Sequence record: OP168898.1
Source of the DNA: Escherichia phage ZCEC14
Direction: 5' to 3' (one strand)
DNA length: 64,000 bases
The translations under genes were made by a program, and so were the position numbers. Every line of letters begins with the position of its first letter. Within the stretch, counting starts at the first letter, position 1. Below the pieces are notes generated by a model that saw nothing but the letters and a program-made list of their open reading frames with translations, did no database searches and was not told the origin of the DNA. Positions 8,115-17,027 of the stretch are shown one piece after another.

Positions 8115-8117
8115 ATT

Positions 8118-8147
8118 GTTTACAGTAGGGTAGTAGTGTGATACTAT
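8118..8147 (+). promoter_or_regulatory. early sigma70-type promoter inside stem-loop
   Basis: -35 GTTTAC, 18-bp spacer, TACTAT -10; flanking inverted repeat agggta/taccct. Confidence 0.65.
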
Positions 8148-8183
8148 TACCCTATCAAAACAAATGTGAAATTGGAGAATAAA

Positions 8184-9152
8184 ATGAAAACTGTAACTAT
8201 CAATAAGGGTATCTACTTCGGTAAAGAAATCTCTGGAACTTTTGAGCTCTTAGGCGAATGGTTCCCAGATAATGCTCCGGTAGATGCACAAGGAGATGGT
8301 AAAGTTTTTGTTGAAATTGACGGTAAACGTCGCGGTGTTTGGGTTTACAAATCAGATATTTCATATGATGGTGTAAAAGTTGAAGAAGTTAAAGAATCAT
8401 ATGAAGATATGAAAACCCGCATTAATAAAAGATTTAATGTTATGGGAATGATGACGAATGGTATTATTAATGGAAATATTCGTTCATTGATTATCTCTGG
8501 CGCAGCAGGTATTGGTAAAACGTATTCTTTAGATAAAGCTTTAAATAAAGCAAATGATAATGGATACATTGAATATAAAAGCATTAACGGTAAAATCTCT
8601 GGTATTGGTCTTTATGAACAGCTTTGGAATAATCGTGAAGAGAATTCTGTCCTTTTGATTGATGATGTGGATGTTTTCTCTGATATGGACATTCTTAATC
8701 TTCTAAAAGCTGCTCTGGACACTGGAGAGACCCGTAAAGTCTGCTGGAGCACTGCATCTTCTTACTTAGAAGAAAAAGGCATTGACCGTGAGTTTGAATT
8801 TAAAGGAACGATTGTTTTTATCACAAACGTTGACATTGACCGCGAATTAGACCGTGGTACTAAACTTGCTCCACATTTACAAGCATTAGTGTCCCGCTCA
8901 GTTTATTTAGATTTGGGTGTTCACACTAATGAAGAAATTATGGTCAGGGTTGAAGATGTTATTCTTTCAACTGACATGATGCAAAAGCGCGGTCTTTCTG
9001 ATGAAGAAACTTATAAAGCATTATCATGGATGAAAGTTAATGTTAATCGTTTACGCAATGTTTCACTGCGTACTGCTCTTTATCTTGCTGACTTTATTAT
9101 GACCGACAAAAACGGTTGGGAAGAAATTGCTGAGGTTACTCTTCTGAAATAA
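8184..9152 (+). CDS. AAA+ family ATPase
   Basis: 322 aa from ATG with SD ggaga; Walker A GAAGIGKT and Walker B LLIDDVD. Confidence 0.65.
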   Translation: MKTVTINKGIYFGKEISGTFELLGEWFPDNAPVDAQGDGKVFVEIDGKRRGVWVYKSDISYDGVKVEEVKESYEDMKTRINKRFNVMGMMTNGIINGNIRSLIISGAAGIGKTYSLDKALNKANDNGYIEYKSINGKISGIGLYEQLWNNREENSVLLIDDVDVFSDMDILNLLKAALDTGETRKVCWSTASSYLEEKGIDREFEFKGTIVFITNVDIDRELDRGTKLAPHLQALVSRSVYLDLGVHTNEEIMVRVEDVILSTDMMQKRGLSDEETYKALSWMKVNVNRLRNVSLRTALYLADFIMTDKNGWEEIAEVTLLK

Positions 9153-9241
9153 TTCATAAGAGGACTTCTATGACAAAAAGGCAGTTCAGAAATAGATTAT
9201 ATGGACTGCCATTAAAAAGATGACTAGAATTAAACTGGTGA

Positions 9242-9556
9242 ATGGAGGTAGTGATGTTATACTCAAAGGCTCGTGAAATTTACGAAACTAAAATTAAAGA
9301 AGCAGTATTTCAGTTCGCAACGACAATGCGATGGACAAATGACTGGGAGTATTCAAAAAATCATAAGAAGCCCATGGTGACAAGAAAGGCTCATATGTTG
9401 GTGTTAATAGACCGTGAGCAGATTAAAGCCCGAGAAGCCCTCCAGAATCATAAAAAGGCTGCCTTTGAATGGTTTATGGATAACACTGCTCCTGAGACTA
9501 AGAAAGCAGTAAGCGCATGGTTCAGTGGAAAAAATTGTGAAAGAAGTTTCTTTTAG
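9242..9556 (+). CDS. hypothetical protein
   Basis: 104-aa ORF; alternative ATG at 9254 preceded by ggagg. Confidence 0.45.
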   Translation: MEVVMLYSKAREIYETKIKEAVFQFATTMRWTNDWEYSKNHKKPMVTRKAHMLVLIDREQIKAREALQNHKKAAFEWFMDNTAPETKKAVSAWFSGKNCERSFF

Positions 9557-9558
9557 TG

Positions 9559-9588
9559 GTTTACAAGACTGTTCCTCTGTGGTACTAT
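9559..9588 (+). promoter_or_regulatory. early sigma70-type promoter with SD-complementary spacer
   Basis: -35 GTTTAC 9559-9564, -10 TACTAT 9583-9588; spacer ctgttcctc (9569-9577) complementary to gaggaacag (9605-9613) at the SD. Confidence 0.7.
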
Positions 9589-9616
9589 ACAACTATCAAC
9601 TACGGAGGAACAGAAA

Positions 9617-10144
9617 ATGAACGCTAAAGATATTTTCAACTTGGTAAATTACAACGATGGCAAATTTAAATCTGAAGCGCAAAGCAAGTTCTTTAACGAC
9701 ATCTCAATCGGAGGTGAAATCACTGTTGATGGAGGACAAATTTACAAATCCCGTTGGAATTGGATCGTTATTATTGATGAGATCGGTATTGTAGAAATTT
9801 ACAAGAATACGAATAAAAATCGTACATTACACTGGTCTCGTGATACTAACGAACAGTACAAAAAGGATAAAGCATCTAAAATGTCTCGTGTAACTCAAGA
9901 AGATATTGAGTTCATCAAGAAAGATATTTTAATGTATGATAACTTAATTGCTGAAGAGCAAGCTGTTATTGATAAATTTGACGAGATTAAAGCTTCTCGT
10001 GAAATTCCTGATTTTATGAAAGAATCAGTAAATGAACGATACTCTCTCATTTCAGAGCGTATTGAAACTTACAAAAAGCAAAGAGCTGAACGCCAAAATA
10101 CTCTTCGGAAGTTTGAAGAACGGTTAAAGACGGTACTCGCATAA
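9617..10144 (+). CDS. hypothetical protein
   Basis: 175-aa ORF directly downstream of promoter/leader cassette. Confidence 0.55.
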   Translation: MNAKDIFNLVNYNDGKFKSEAQSKFFNDISIGGEITVDGGQIYKSRWNWIVIIDEIGIVEIYKNTNKNRTLHWSRDTNEQYKKDKASKMSRVTQEDIEFIKKDILMYDNLIAEEQAVIDKFDEIKASREIPDFMKESVNERYSLISERIETYKKQRAERQNTLRKFEERLKTVLA

Positions 10145-10170
10145 CCGCTTTATACCAAGGATGGTATAAT
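10145..10170 (+). promoter_or_regulatory. putative promoter (extended -10 only)
   Basis: TGgTATAAT at 10162-10170; no clear -35. Confidence 0.35.
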
Positions 10171-10199
10171 GGTTCTAAGCCCTTTTAATTGAGATTATT

Positions 10200-10607
10200 A
10201 TGAAACGGTTGATAATTAAAAGATTGAATTTATTGATATGTTGTTTATGTATAGTAGTTGCATATGGTTATTACGCAATTAATGATTATATGCATTATAA
10301 AGATTATGATGTTACTGTAGTTAATACTATTACAGGAACTCAAGGAAAAGGGTCTAGTTTATCGTTTATTGCCGTATATGAACTCAAAGACGGTTATAGA
10401 TTTAGTGAATATATTTCCCCAGAGATGTATTCTTCAATAGAAAAAGGTGATAATATTACTGTAAGTTTACGTCCTTTCGACGTAAAACAGACACTGTTTG
10501 ATAATATTGTTTGGTTCTTTGGGATGGTATTAGTTCAATCCGTGTGTGGCGCTTATGTAGTTTGTTCAATCATATTCTGTGTATTTAGTAAAATTGAAAT
10601 TGAGTGA
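10200..10607 (+). CDS. membrane protein
   Basis: 135 aa with N- and C-terminal hydrophobic helices. Confidence 0.5.
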   Translation: MKRLIIKRLNLLICCLCIVVAYGYYAINDYMHYKDYDVTVVNTITGTQGKGSSLSFIAVYELKDGYRFSEYISPEMYSSIEKGDNITVSLRPFDVKQTLFDNIVWFFGMVLVQSVCGAYVVCSIIFCVFSKIEIE

Positions 10608-10614
10608 GGAAAAT

Positions 10615-11505
10615 ATGTCAGTAGTAATTAATAATGTCAATGCAGTAATTAAATCTTTAGTTAATAAAAAAATGATGAATGAATGGACTGTACTTCGTCG
10701 TGGAGAGCCAGATAAATTTTTTCATAGATTTAACCCAACTTTGGATTTGAATGTTATTGATAAAGATGTTCATGCCGAAATTTTAGATAAGTTTAAAGTT
10801 GATATTGGATTTGGATTAGAAAAACATTTACAGCGAACAAATGGATCTGGAATGAGTTTATCTAATCGCATTATGAAAGCCCTTAATAAAATTGGAGCAT
10901 TGTCTCGTATTAACGCGAGTGAAATCCTTCGTAATTATAATAAAGGATACGACCTTTATGGTCGACTAATGCCGAAATTATCATTTGACCAAATGATCGC
11001 AGATTTGTGGGAAAATCAACGACGATTATTAGCATTAGGCGCTCGATTAGCTAAAGGTCTAGATAAACAAATGATTTTTAAGACCAATAATACAGAAGAC
11101 CTTAAATGCTTTAAATTTAGTACTCGTGGAGATGATTATTACGTCAGAGCTCACTCTACAGATTATGTTAATATGGGGCATCATCTCTGTTTAGCTTTTG
11201 AAGTTTTAAAAGAAGCTGGAACATTAGAATATTCATCTGGTGCTAAATGTCCGATTGGTTCAAATTGCATTTTAATTTATCGCCCAGATGAATCCAGTTC
11301 ATCTAAATTACCTACAAAACCTGTACCAGTTCGTAGTAACGAAAAACATTCTGAACAAATTGCTTATTTTAATAAGCAGATTGAAGAGCTAAATATTTCT
11401 ATTCAGCAATATGATGATGAAATTTTCAGACTATCTGGATTGAGTAGTAAAGCTAAATCTGAGCGTGAAAAGTTAATTAAAATTGTCGATTTACTTAAAT
11501 CTTAA
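10615..11505 (+). CDS. coiled-coil-tailed paralogue family protein (copy 1)
   Basis: 296 aa from ATG with SD gagga; central RRLLALGARLAKG motif and C-terminal coiled-coil-like tail. Confidence 0.6.
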   Translation: MSVVINNVNAVIKSLVNKKMMNEWTVLRRGEPDKFFHRFNPTLDLNVIDKDVHAEILDKFKVDIGFGLEKHLQRTNGSGMSLSNRIMKALNKIGALSRINASEILRNYNKGYDLYGRLMPKLSFDQMIADLWENQRRLLALGARLAKGLDKQMIFKTNNTEDLKCFKFSTRGDDYYVRAHSTDYVNMGHHLCLAFEVLKEAGTLEYSSGAKCPIGSNCILIYRPDESSSSKLPTKPVPVRSNEKHSEQIAYFNKQIEELNISIQQYDDEIFRLSGLSSKAKSEREKLIKIVDLLKS

Positions 11506-11513
11506 GGAACACC

Positions 11514-12536
11514 ATGAAAACTCGTTCTCAAATTGAAGATATGGTTCGTAATGCCAGCTATACCCGTGATGTTATGACATTTTTGTGTGAAAATAATTTA
11601 GACCCTGATAAAGTTAATCGTGTTATTCATCACTTTAAGTATACGAATAGCAGTGAATGGGTGCGTAATTTTAGTAAAGCAGGGTATATTACACAAATGA
11701 CTGCTCGTGAACAGCTCACCGATTTCTGTAAAACTATTGATTATAAAAATCCTTTGATTGTTCAAGGCGTTGGTCAAAGTAAGGTCGATTTATCATCTGG
11801 ATTTTTCAATCCAAATCATTATCGTATTGAATGGAGATTTATTGCTCTGTTCCGTAGACAATTAAAGCAAATTTTGTCTACTGCTAGTCGATTAAAAGGC
11901 TCTGATATTAACTTAAAGAATCTGAAATTTGATGGTTATACTCTTCAGATGGAAGTAAGACCGTTAAAAGAAAATAATAGAACTGCGCGAATTAGCTTTA
12001 AACCTAATACAAAAAATTCTCTTTCAATTTGTGAATGCCTTAAATCGCAGTTGACAGAAGCATTTAAGTATATGGATGTTGTTGCTGCTGTTCAATCTAA
12101 GATTTTACCTCGTTTTGAGCGAAATTGGGAACATACAACAACATATGAACTTGATATGATCGTTTCATTTAAATACGATTTTTTGAGAAAGGACGAAGTC
12201 ACACAAGAGAAAAAGCAGGAAGTGCAAGATAACTTAAATTTATCCAATTACTCATCAAACGATCCTAAATTTTGGATGTATAGTTCAGGTAATAAAGATG
12301 CATGGAAATTCAATAAAGTGAATTTTCTTCCTATTGAAAATCCGAGTCTTAAACCTGTTGAAAAATGGCATGCAGATGCGATTGAGAAGTCTATCAAGGC
12401 AGTAGATGATGAACTCGTTGAAGCAACTAATGAAGTGTTAGAAGCTGAAAAGGTGTTAGAAAAAGCTCAAGAAAAAGTCAAAAATCTCACGAAGCAACGT
12501 TCTAAACTGAACAATGCACTAAATGCACTGAACTAG
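11514..12536 (+). CDS. coiled-coil-tailed paralogue family protein (copy 2)
   Basis: 340 aa; SD aagga; RRQLKQILSTASRLKGSD motif; Glu/Lys-rich heptad-like C-terminus. Confidence 0.6.
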   Translation: MKTRSQIEDMVRNASYTRDVMTFLCENNLDPDKVNRVIHHFKYTNSSEWVRNFSKAGYITQMTAREQLTDFCKTIDYKNPLIVQGVGQSKVDLSSGFFNPNHYRIEWRFIALFRRQLKQILSTASRLKGSDINLKNLKFDGYTLQMEVRPLKENNRTARISFKPNTKNSLSICECLKSQLTEAFKYMDVVAAVQSKILPRFERNWEHTTTYELDMIVSFKYDFLRKDEVTQEKKQEVQDNLNLSNYSSNDPKFWMYSSGNKDAWKFNKVNFLPIENPSLKPVEKWHADAIEKSIKAVDDELVEATNEVLEAEKVLEKAQEKVKNLTKQRSKLNNALNALN

Positions 12537-12565
12537 TTTACTTTACCACAAGGATGTGGTATAAT
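12536..12565 (+). promoter_or_regulatory. early sigma70-type promoter
   Basis: -35 GTTTAC 12536-12541, 18-bp spacer with ccaca/tgtgg repeat, -10 TATAAT 12560-12565; near-identical copy at 56227. Confidence 0.7.
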
Positions 12566-12593
12566 GTTCTTACTTTCTACTGAGGAGATTAAT

Positions 12594-13595
12594 ATGACTC
12601 GTAACGAATATATCAAATCATTTAATAGCGTTATTGATGATAAAGTTAAACCTATGTCTAGTCAGAATAACGTTATTTCCATTATCAATCAATGGCTCAA
12701 TAATATTGATGTAAGCATTGTTTCTTCCAGCAAATTTATTCATGAAGTTCATAAAATTTCTAGTCGCGAAGATAAAGGTGATATTAAGGAAACCTTTAAA
12801 GGTTCTCGTCTTCTTTCATATTTAGTTAATCAGGATATTCTTGGTAATTTTGGGAAAGAAATTAAACGAACCAAAGATGTAGTAGGATATAATTGGTTTG
12901 GTGATGTTAATTCTTATCATCTTAATAATAAAGAAGACCCTGAGAATATTTTTACTCGTCGTTGGATTAGTAATTTCAGACTTTTCAAAAAGCAAATTCT
13001 AAAATCAGCTTCTAAATTATGCTATGGTGATTATCGTCAAATTCATCCTTGGGCTTCTGACATGATTATCATAAAAGAATATGAACTTGATAAAAATAAA
13101 GCAGCTATTTTTGTGAATTATGGATTTTTTACACCAGAAGCTAATCAAAAGAACATTAATAAATTTTTCTCAATTGCTAGTGATATAACTCGTCAATTAG
13201 AGACTGCATTATTTTGTATGGAAACGGTAGAAAATATTCATACTTATCCTTTTAAGAATATGTGCGGCTGGGAAGGATATAAAATTGTAGTTAGTCTCCG
13301 TGAAGTAAAGTGCGCGTACTCACCGACTGATAAAGAAATTTACCAACAAAAATGTGATGAAATTGTGAATACTCCTAAAGAAGAAACTACCCTTGAGGAA
13401 CTAATGGAATGTCTTGATGATTCACTTGAACCGGTAGAAATTCGTCCAGAAGTTATTGCACTAGAAAAAGCTTATAAAGAAGTTCTAGAAATTTCTAATA
13501 AAGCACAGAAAGAATATGAGCAGGCTAAAAGGATTTGGGAAGAATCTGTTAATCGCCTGGATCGTCTTGAACAAGCTTTACAGTTAATTAAGTAA
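12594..13595 (+). CDS. coiled-coil-tailed paralogue family protein (copy 3)
   Basis: 333 aa from ATG with SD gaggag; KKQILKSASKLCYGD motif; coiled-coil-like tail. Confidence 0.6.
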   Translation: MTRNEYIKSFNSVIDDKVKPMSSQNNVISIINQWLNNIDVSIVSSSKFIHEVHKISSREDKGDIKETFKGSRLLSYLVNQDILGNFGKEIKRTKDVVGYNWFGDVNSYHLNNKEDPENIFTRRWISNFRLFKKQILKSASKLCYGDYRQIHPWASDMIIIKEYELDKNKAAIFVNYGFFTPEANQKNINKFFSIASDITRQLETALFCMETVENIHTYPFKNMCGWEGYKIVVSLREVKCAYSPTDKEIYQQKCDEIVNTPKEETTLEELMECLDDSLEPVEIRPEVIALEKAYKEVLEISNKAQKEYEQAKRIWEESVNRLDRLEQALQLIK

Positions 13596-13647
13596 TTTAA
13601 AGCCAAGGATGGCTCGGAGTATAAATCATTAACCAAGTGAGAAGAAC

Positions 13648-14577
13648 ATGAAAACTCGTAAACATTATATTGATTATTTTGATAGTCTTATTACTAAACA
13701 CCGTAATTATCAGATTGGGCACAGAGCAGTAATCAATAATATTCTTCGTGATTTCTTTCAATATGTTGGCCAGGAAAATCATATCTGTAAAGATACTCAA
13801 AACGCTTATTCTCATTCGTTAGGCAATTTGCTTGAATGGTTTAAACGTTCTCGTCTGTTATCTTCTACTGTAGCTAGTGATAACATTAAAAACTTTATGA
13901 AGCCGAGCTTCATTAAATCTGAGACATCTATAACCGATTTGGTTGAATTTACTATTGTTAACGATGTTAAAAAGACCCATTTGGCTGATTGGTTATCTAC
14001 CATTCCCGAAACTAAATTTGCTGATAAATTCGCTTGTCAATTCAATGACCAAGTGAATATGCTTTTTAAGCATGCTCGTAAACTATTTACCGCGGGCGAT
14101 GACCGTACAAATACAGTTCATGTTAAGGATTGGGTTATTGCTGATGAAGTAACACACAAGCCAGGTGGTTCATCAGTATTAATTAATATCCAGGTTCCTT
14201 ATTATTACTCACGTAATCTCGGCACCATGACAGCTAGAGAAATTAATAAGCACAACAAAATTATTCGTTCGTTGTCTTATAAACTCTGCACGATGGTGGA
14301 GATGATGGACGTAGTGGAAATGTATGACGAAACCGAAGATAATGGTTCAATGCTGTACAGTTCACGCATTCTAATTAAACTGAAGAACCCTAATACATAT
14401 AAGCAAGTTGTAAAAGAACCTAAAGTAGAAAAGGTTGATAACTTGAGCGAAGAACGTGAATATCTCAAATCTCGACTGGTTGAAGTTGAAGCCCAAATTG
14501 CAGAACACACCAAATTGTTAAAAGCTCTTAATGCAAAAGCAAATGGTTTACGTAATGCTATTGAGGTATTGAAATGA
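13648..14577 (+). CDS. coiled-coil-tailed paralogue family protein (copy 4)
   Basis: 309 aa; MLFKHARKLFTAGDD motif; C-terminal heptad-like tail ...[19 protein letters not shown]. Confidence 0.6.
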   Translation: MKTRKHYIDYFDSLITKHRNYQIGHRAVINNILRDFFQYVGQENHICKDTQNAYSHSLGNLLEWFKRSRLLSSTVASDNIKNFMKPSFIKSETSITDLVEFTIVNDVKKTHLADWLSTIPETKFADKFACQFNDQVNMLFKHARKLFTAGDDRTNTVHVKDWVIADEVTHKPGGSSVLINIQVPYYYSRNLGTMTAREINKHNKIIRSLSYKLCTMVEMMDVVEMYDETEDNGSMLYSSRILIKLKNPNTYKQVVKEPKVEKVDNLSEEREYLKSRLVEVEAQIAEHTKLLKALNAKANGLRNAIEVLK

Positions 14578-14888
14578 AAAAGCGTCTATTAGAAGACATT
14601 GCAGCTTCAAGTAATTCTAGTCTAATTAAAATTATTATGGCTGGTGAAGAAGACGATTTGGAAATGCGTGGAAAGATTCATGGTTGTGATGATTATAGCA
14701 GCCCTATTAATTGGGATTCTGTAATGGTCATGGTTGAACGCCGCGAACGTGCTTCTAAAAACGTTCCTAATTGCCCTGAATGTGGAACTGAACAGGTCCA
14801 ATTGATCCATTGGCAGACTAATAATCTTCGTTATAAATGTCGCCATTGTAAACACCGATTTGACCGAGAAGAAAATGACAAAGCGTAA
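14574..14888 (+). CDS. small protein with C-terminal zinc ribbon
   Basis: 104 aa; CPECG...(18)...CRHCKH pattern. Confidence 0.5.
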   Translation: MKKRLLEDIAASSNSSLIKIIMAGEEDDLEMRGKIHGCDDYSSPINWDSVMVMVERRERASKNVPNCPECGTEQVQLIHWQTNNLRYKCRHCKHRFDREENDKA

Positions 14889-15117
14889 AGAATATATGGA
14901 AACTGCTGAAAAGGCAGTCCGTGAATTAGCAATAGCTTATTATAATGAACATGGTAAATTTCCTGATAGATACAGCGTGCTTAAATCTGCTTTAACTCGT
15001 TCATATAAAAATATGCTATCAGAAGTAAGTGATATTATATACAAACATAAAGAACAAACGGGCCAAAGTCTTGATTACGACGAGACTTTTAAACGAGTAC
15101 TAGGAATTAAGGAATAA
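14875..15117 (+). CDS. hypothetical protein
   Basis: 80 aa from in-frame ATG of track ORF 14860-15117. Confidence 0.45.
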   Translation: MTKRKEYMETAEKAVRELAIAYYNEHGKFPDRYSVLKSALTRSYKNMLSEVSDIIYKHKEQTGQSLDYDETFKRVLGIKE

Positions 15118-15118
15118 T

Positions 15119-15382
15119 ATGTTTAAAGTATATGGTTATGATAGCAACATTCATAAATGCGTGTATTGTGATAATGCAAAACGTCTTTTGACCGTGAAGA
15201 AACAGCCGTTTGAATTTATCAACATTATGCCGGAAAAAGGTGTTTTTGATGATGAGAAAATTGCTGAGCTTCTGACGAAACTAGGTCGTGATACTCAAAT
15301 CGGTTTGACAATGCCACAAGTATTTGCTCCTGATGGAAGTCATATTGGTGGATTTGACCAATTACGGGAATACTTTAAATGA
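15119..15382 (+). CDS. nrdC: thioredoxin/glutaredoxin-like redoxin NrdC
   Basis: 87 aa; CVYC active site; matches T4 NrdC and synteny upstream of gene 49. Confidence 0.85.
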   Translation: MFKVYGYDSNIHKCVYCDNAKRLLTVKKQPFEFINIMPEKGVFDDEKIAELLTKLGRDTQIGLTMPQVFAPDGSHIGGFDQLREYFK

Positions 15383-15594
15383 TGCTCGAAGGAACTGATT
15401 ATATTCATGATTACCGCGGAAGCGCGGTATATGTAGGTGATGAGGTTGCAGTTTACTACGGGTATGGAACTTTGATGACAGCCAAGGTTATTCAAATTAA
15501 AAATAACCGTGCTAAACTTGAAGTTTATTATTCTAATGGTGAAAAGTCTATTTCTAAATGGAAATATGGCGATTGTATGGTCAAACTGGGGTAA
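15379..15594 (+). CDS. hypothetical protein
   Basis: 71-aa ORF, start overlaps nrdC stop. Confidence 0.45.
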   Translation: MMLEGTDYIHDYRGSAVYVGDEVAVYYGYGTLMTAKVIQIKNNRAKLEVYYSNGEKSISKWKYGDCMVKLG

Positions 15595-15596
15595 AT

Positions 15597-15767
15597 ATGA
15601 TTTACGATATTAGTGTATCAAGAACTCCATCAATGGTTACTATTCCAGCTGAAGAACTAGATCGTCTTCAGAAAATTGAAGAGCTTCTTTGGGAAATTGA
15701 ATCTGATTTGCCATCAGGATTAGAATCCTGGATTGATTATGAAGAACTTAATAAGCTTCGGGGTTAA
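15597..15767 (+). CDS. hypothetical small protein
   Basis: 56 aa from in-frame ATG of track ORF 15558-15767. Confidence 0.4.
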   Translation: MIYDISVSRTPSMVTIPAEELDRLQKIEELLWEIESDLPSGLESWIDYEELNKLRG

Positions 15768-15889
15768 ACCCTGGTGGGCGGCTAGATGGGAAACTGTAGA
15801 GCCAGAGCCGGAAGAACCGGTTTACACTGATGAAGAAACAGTATATAATGAACCAACGATAAATGACTTAATTGATATGGAGATGGGAC

Positions 15890-16336
15890 ATGATTACAGT
15901 AGATAAGTGGTTTAGAATTAATCGTGCTGATACAGGACTGTGTAATTACTGGCCGGAACTTAGTGCAGGTGCTGTCTTTAAAGTTCGTGAACTTGCAAAA
16001 GAATGTGAAGATGATATAGAGCCTGATACTGGAATTATTGAAATTGAACTTTCTGATGGAAAGATTATTAATATCTACGATAAGCCAATTACATATTGGT
16101 GTTTGTGGAATACTGAATCAGTCGAAAATGGCGAAATTGAAGAAGTTGTAGAGCGAACTAATCAAGTTGTTCAGAAGCCTAAAGCCGATTTTCAAGGTGA
16201 ACGTATTTCATACGCATTAGCTAAATTAGCTGCACAAGAAAATAACGATGGCTATGAAGGAAATTTAATGCAAGCTGCCGCAGAGTACATTGAATGGCTT
16301 GAAACTCAAAATTCTTTTTCTGACAGGGCATTTTAA
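15890..16336 (+). CDS. hypothetical protein (occupies pin position of T4)
   Basis: 148 aa from in-frame ATG; identity with Pin not verified. Confidence 0.45.
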   Translation: MITVDKWFRINRADTGLCNYWPELSAGAVFKVRELAKECEDDIEPDTGIIEIELSDGKIINIYDKPITYWCLWNTESVENGEIEEVVERTNQVVQKPKADFQGERISYALAKLAAQENNDGYEGNLMQAAAEYIEWLETQNSFSDRAF

Positions 16337-16512
16337 TGAAAACCGAATTGGTTTATACTGAAAAGTTAAATGGCGGTAAGGTTTGGAAACTTTTTATTAA
16401 AGGACATTCTACGGACCCTCATATGACTACTTGCGTAGGAATCTATTCTCGTCCTACTAAAAAGATGATTCGACAGTATAAACGATTGCATCGAATGTTT
16501 TACAATACTTGA
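16336..16512 (+). CDS. hypothetical small protein
   Basis: 58-aa ORF below track cutoff; overlaps upstream stop (TAATG). Confidence 0.4.
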   Translation: MKTELVYTEKLNGGKVWKLFIKGHSTDPHMTTCVGIYSRPTKKMIRQYKRLHRMFYNT

Positions 16513-16522
16513 AAATAATAAA

Positions 16523-16548
16523 TACCCTTATCTATTTAAGGTAAGGGT
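16523..16548 (+). other. stem-loop upstream of gene 49
   Basis: 7-bp stem accctta/taagggt with 11-nt loop, followed by ttatt and the gene 49 ATG. Confidence 0.35.
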
Positions 16549-16553
16549 TTATT

Positions 16554-17027
16554 ATGTTATTGACTGGCAAATTATATAAAGAAGAAAAACAGAAATTTTA
16601 TGATGCACAAAACGGTAAATGCTTAATTTGCCAACGAGAACTAAATCCTGATGTTCAAGCTAATCACCTCGACCATGACCATGAATTAAATGGACCAAAA
16701 GCAGGAAAGGTGCGTGGATTGCTTTGTAATCTCTGCAATGCCGCAGAAGGTCAAATGAAACATAAATTTAATCGTTCTGGCTTAAAGGGACAAGGGGTTG
16801 ATTATCTTGAATGGTTAGAAAATTTACTTACTTATTTAAAATCCGATTACACCCAAAATAATATTCACCCTAACTTTGTTGGAGATAAATCAAAGGAATT
16901 TTCTCGTTTAGGAAAAGAGGAAATGATGGCTGAGATGCTTCAAAGAGGATTTGAATATAATGAATCTGACACCAAAACACAGTTAATAGCTTCATTTAAG
17001 AAGCAGCTTAGAAAGAGTTTAAAATGA
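16554..17027 (+). CDS. 49: endonuclease VII (Holliday-junction resolvase)
   Basis: 157 aa; CLIC...HLDHDH...CNLCN motifs; matches T4 gp49. Confidence 0.9.
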   Translation: MLLTGKLYKEEKQKFYDAQNGKCLICQRELNPDVQANHLDHDHELNGPKAGKVRGLLCNLCNAAEGQMKHKFNRSGLKGQGVDYLEWLENLLTYLKSDYTQNNIHPNFVGDKSKEFSRLGKEEMMAEMLQRGFEYNESDTKTQLIASFKKQLRKSLK

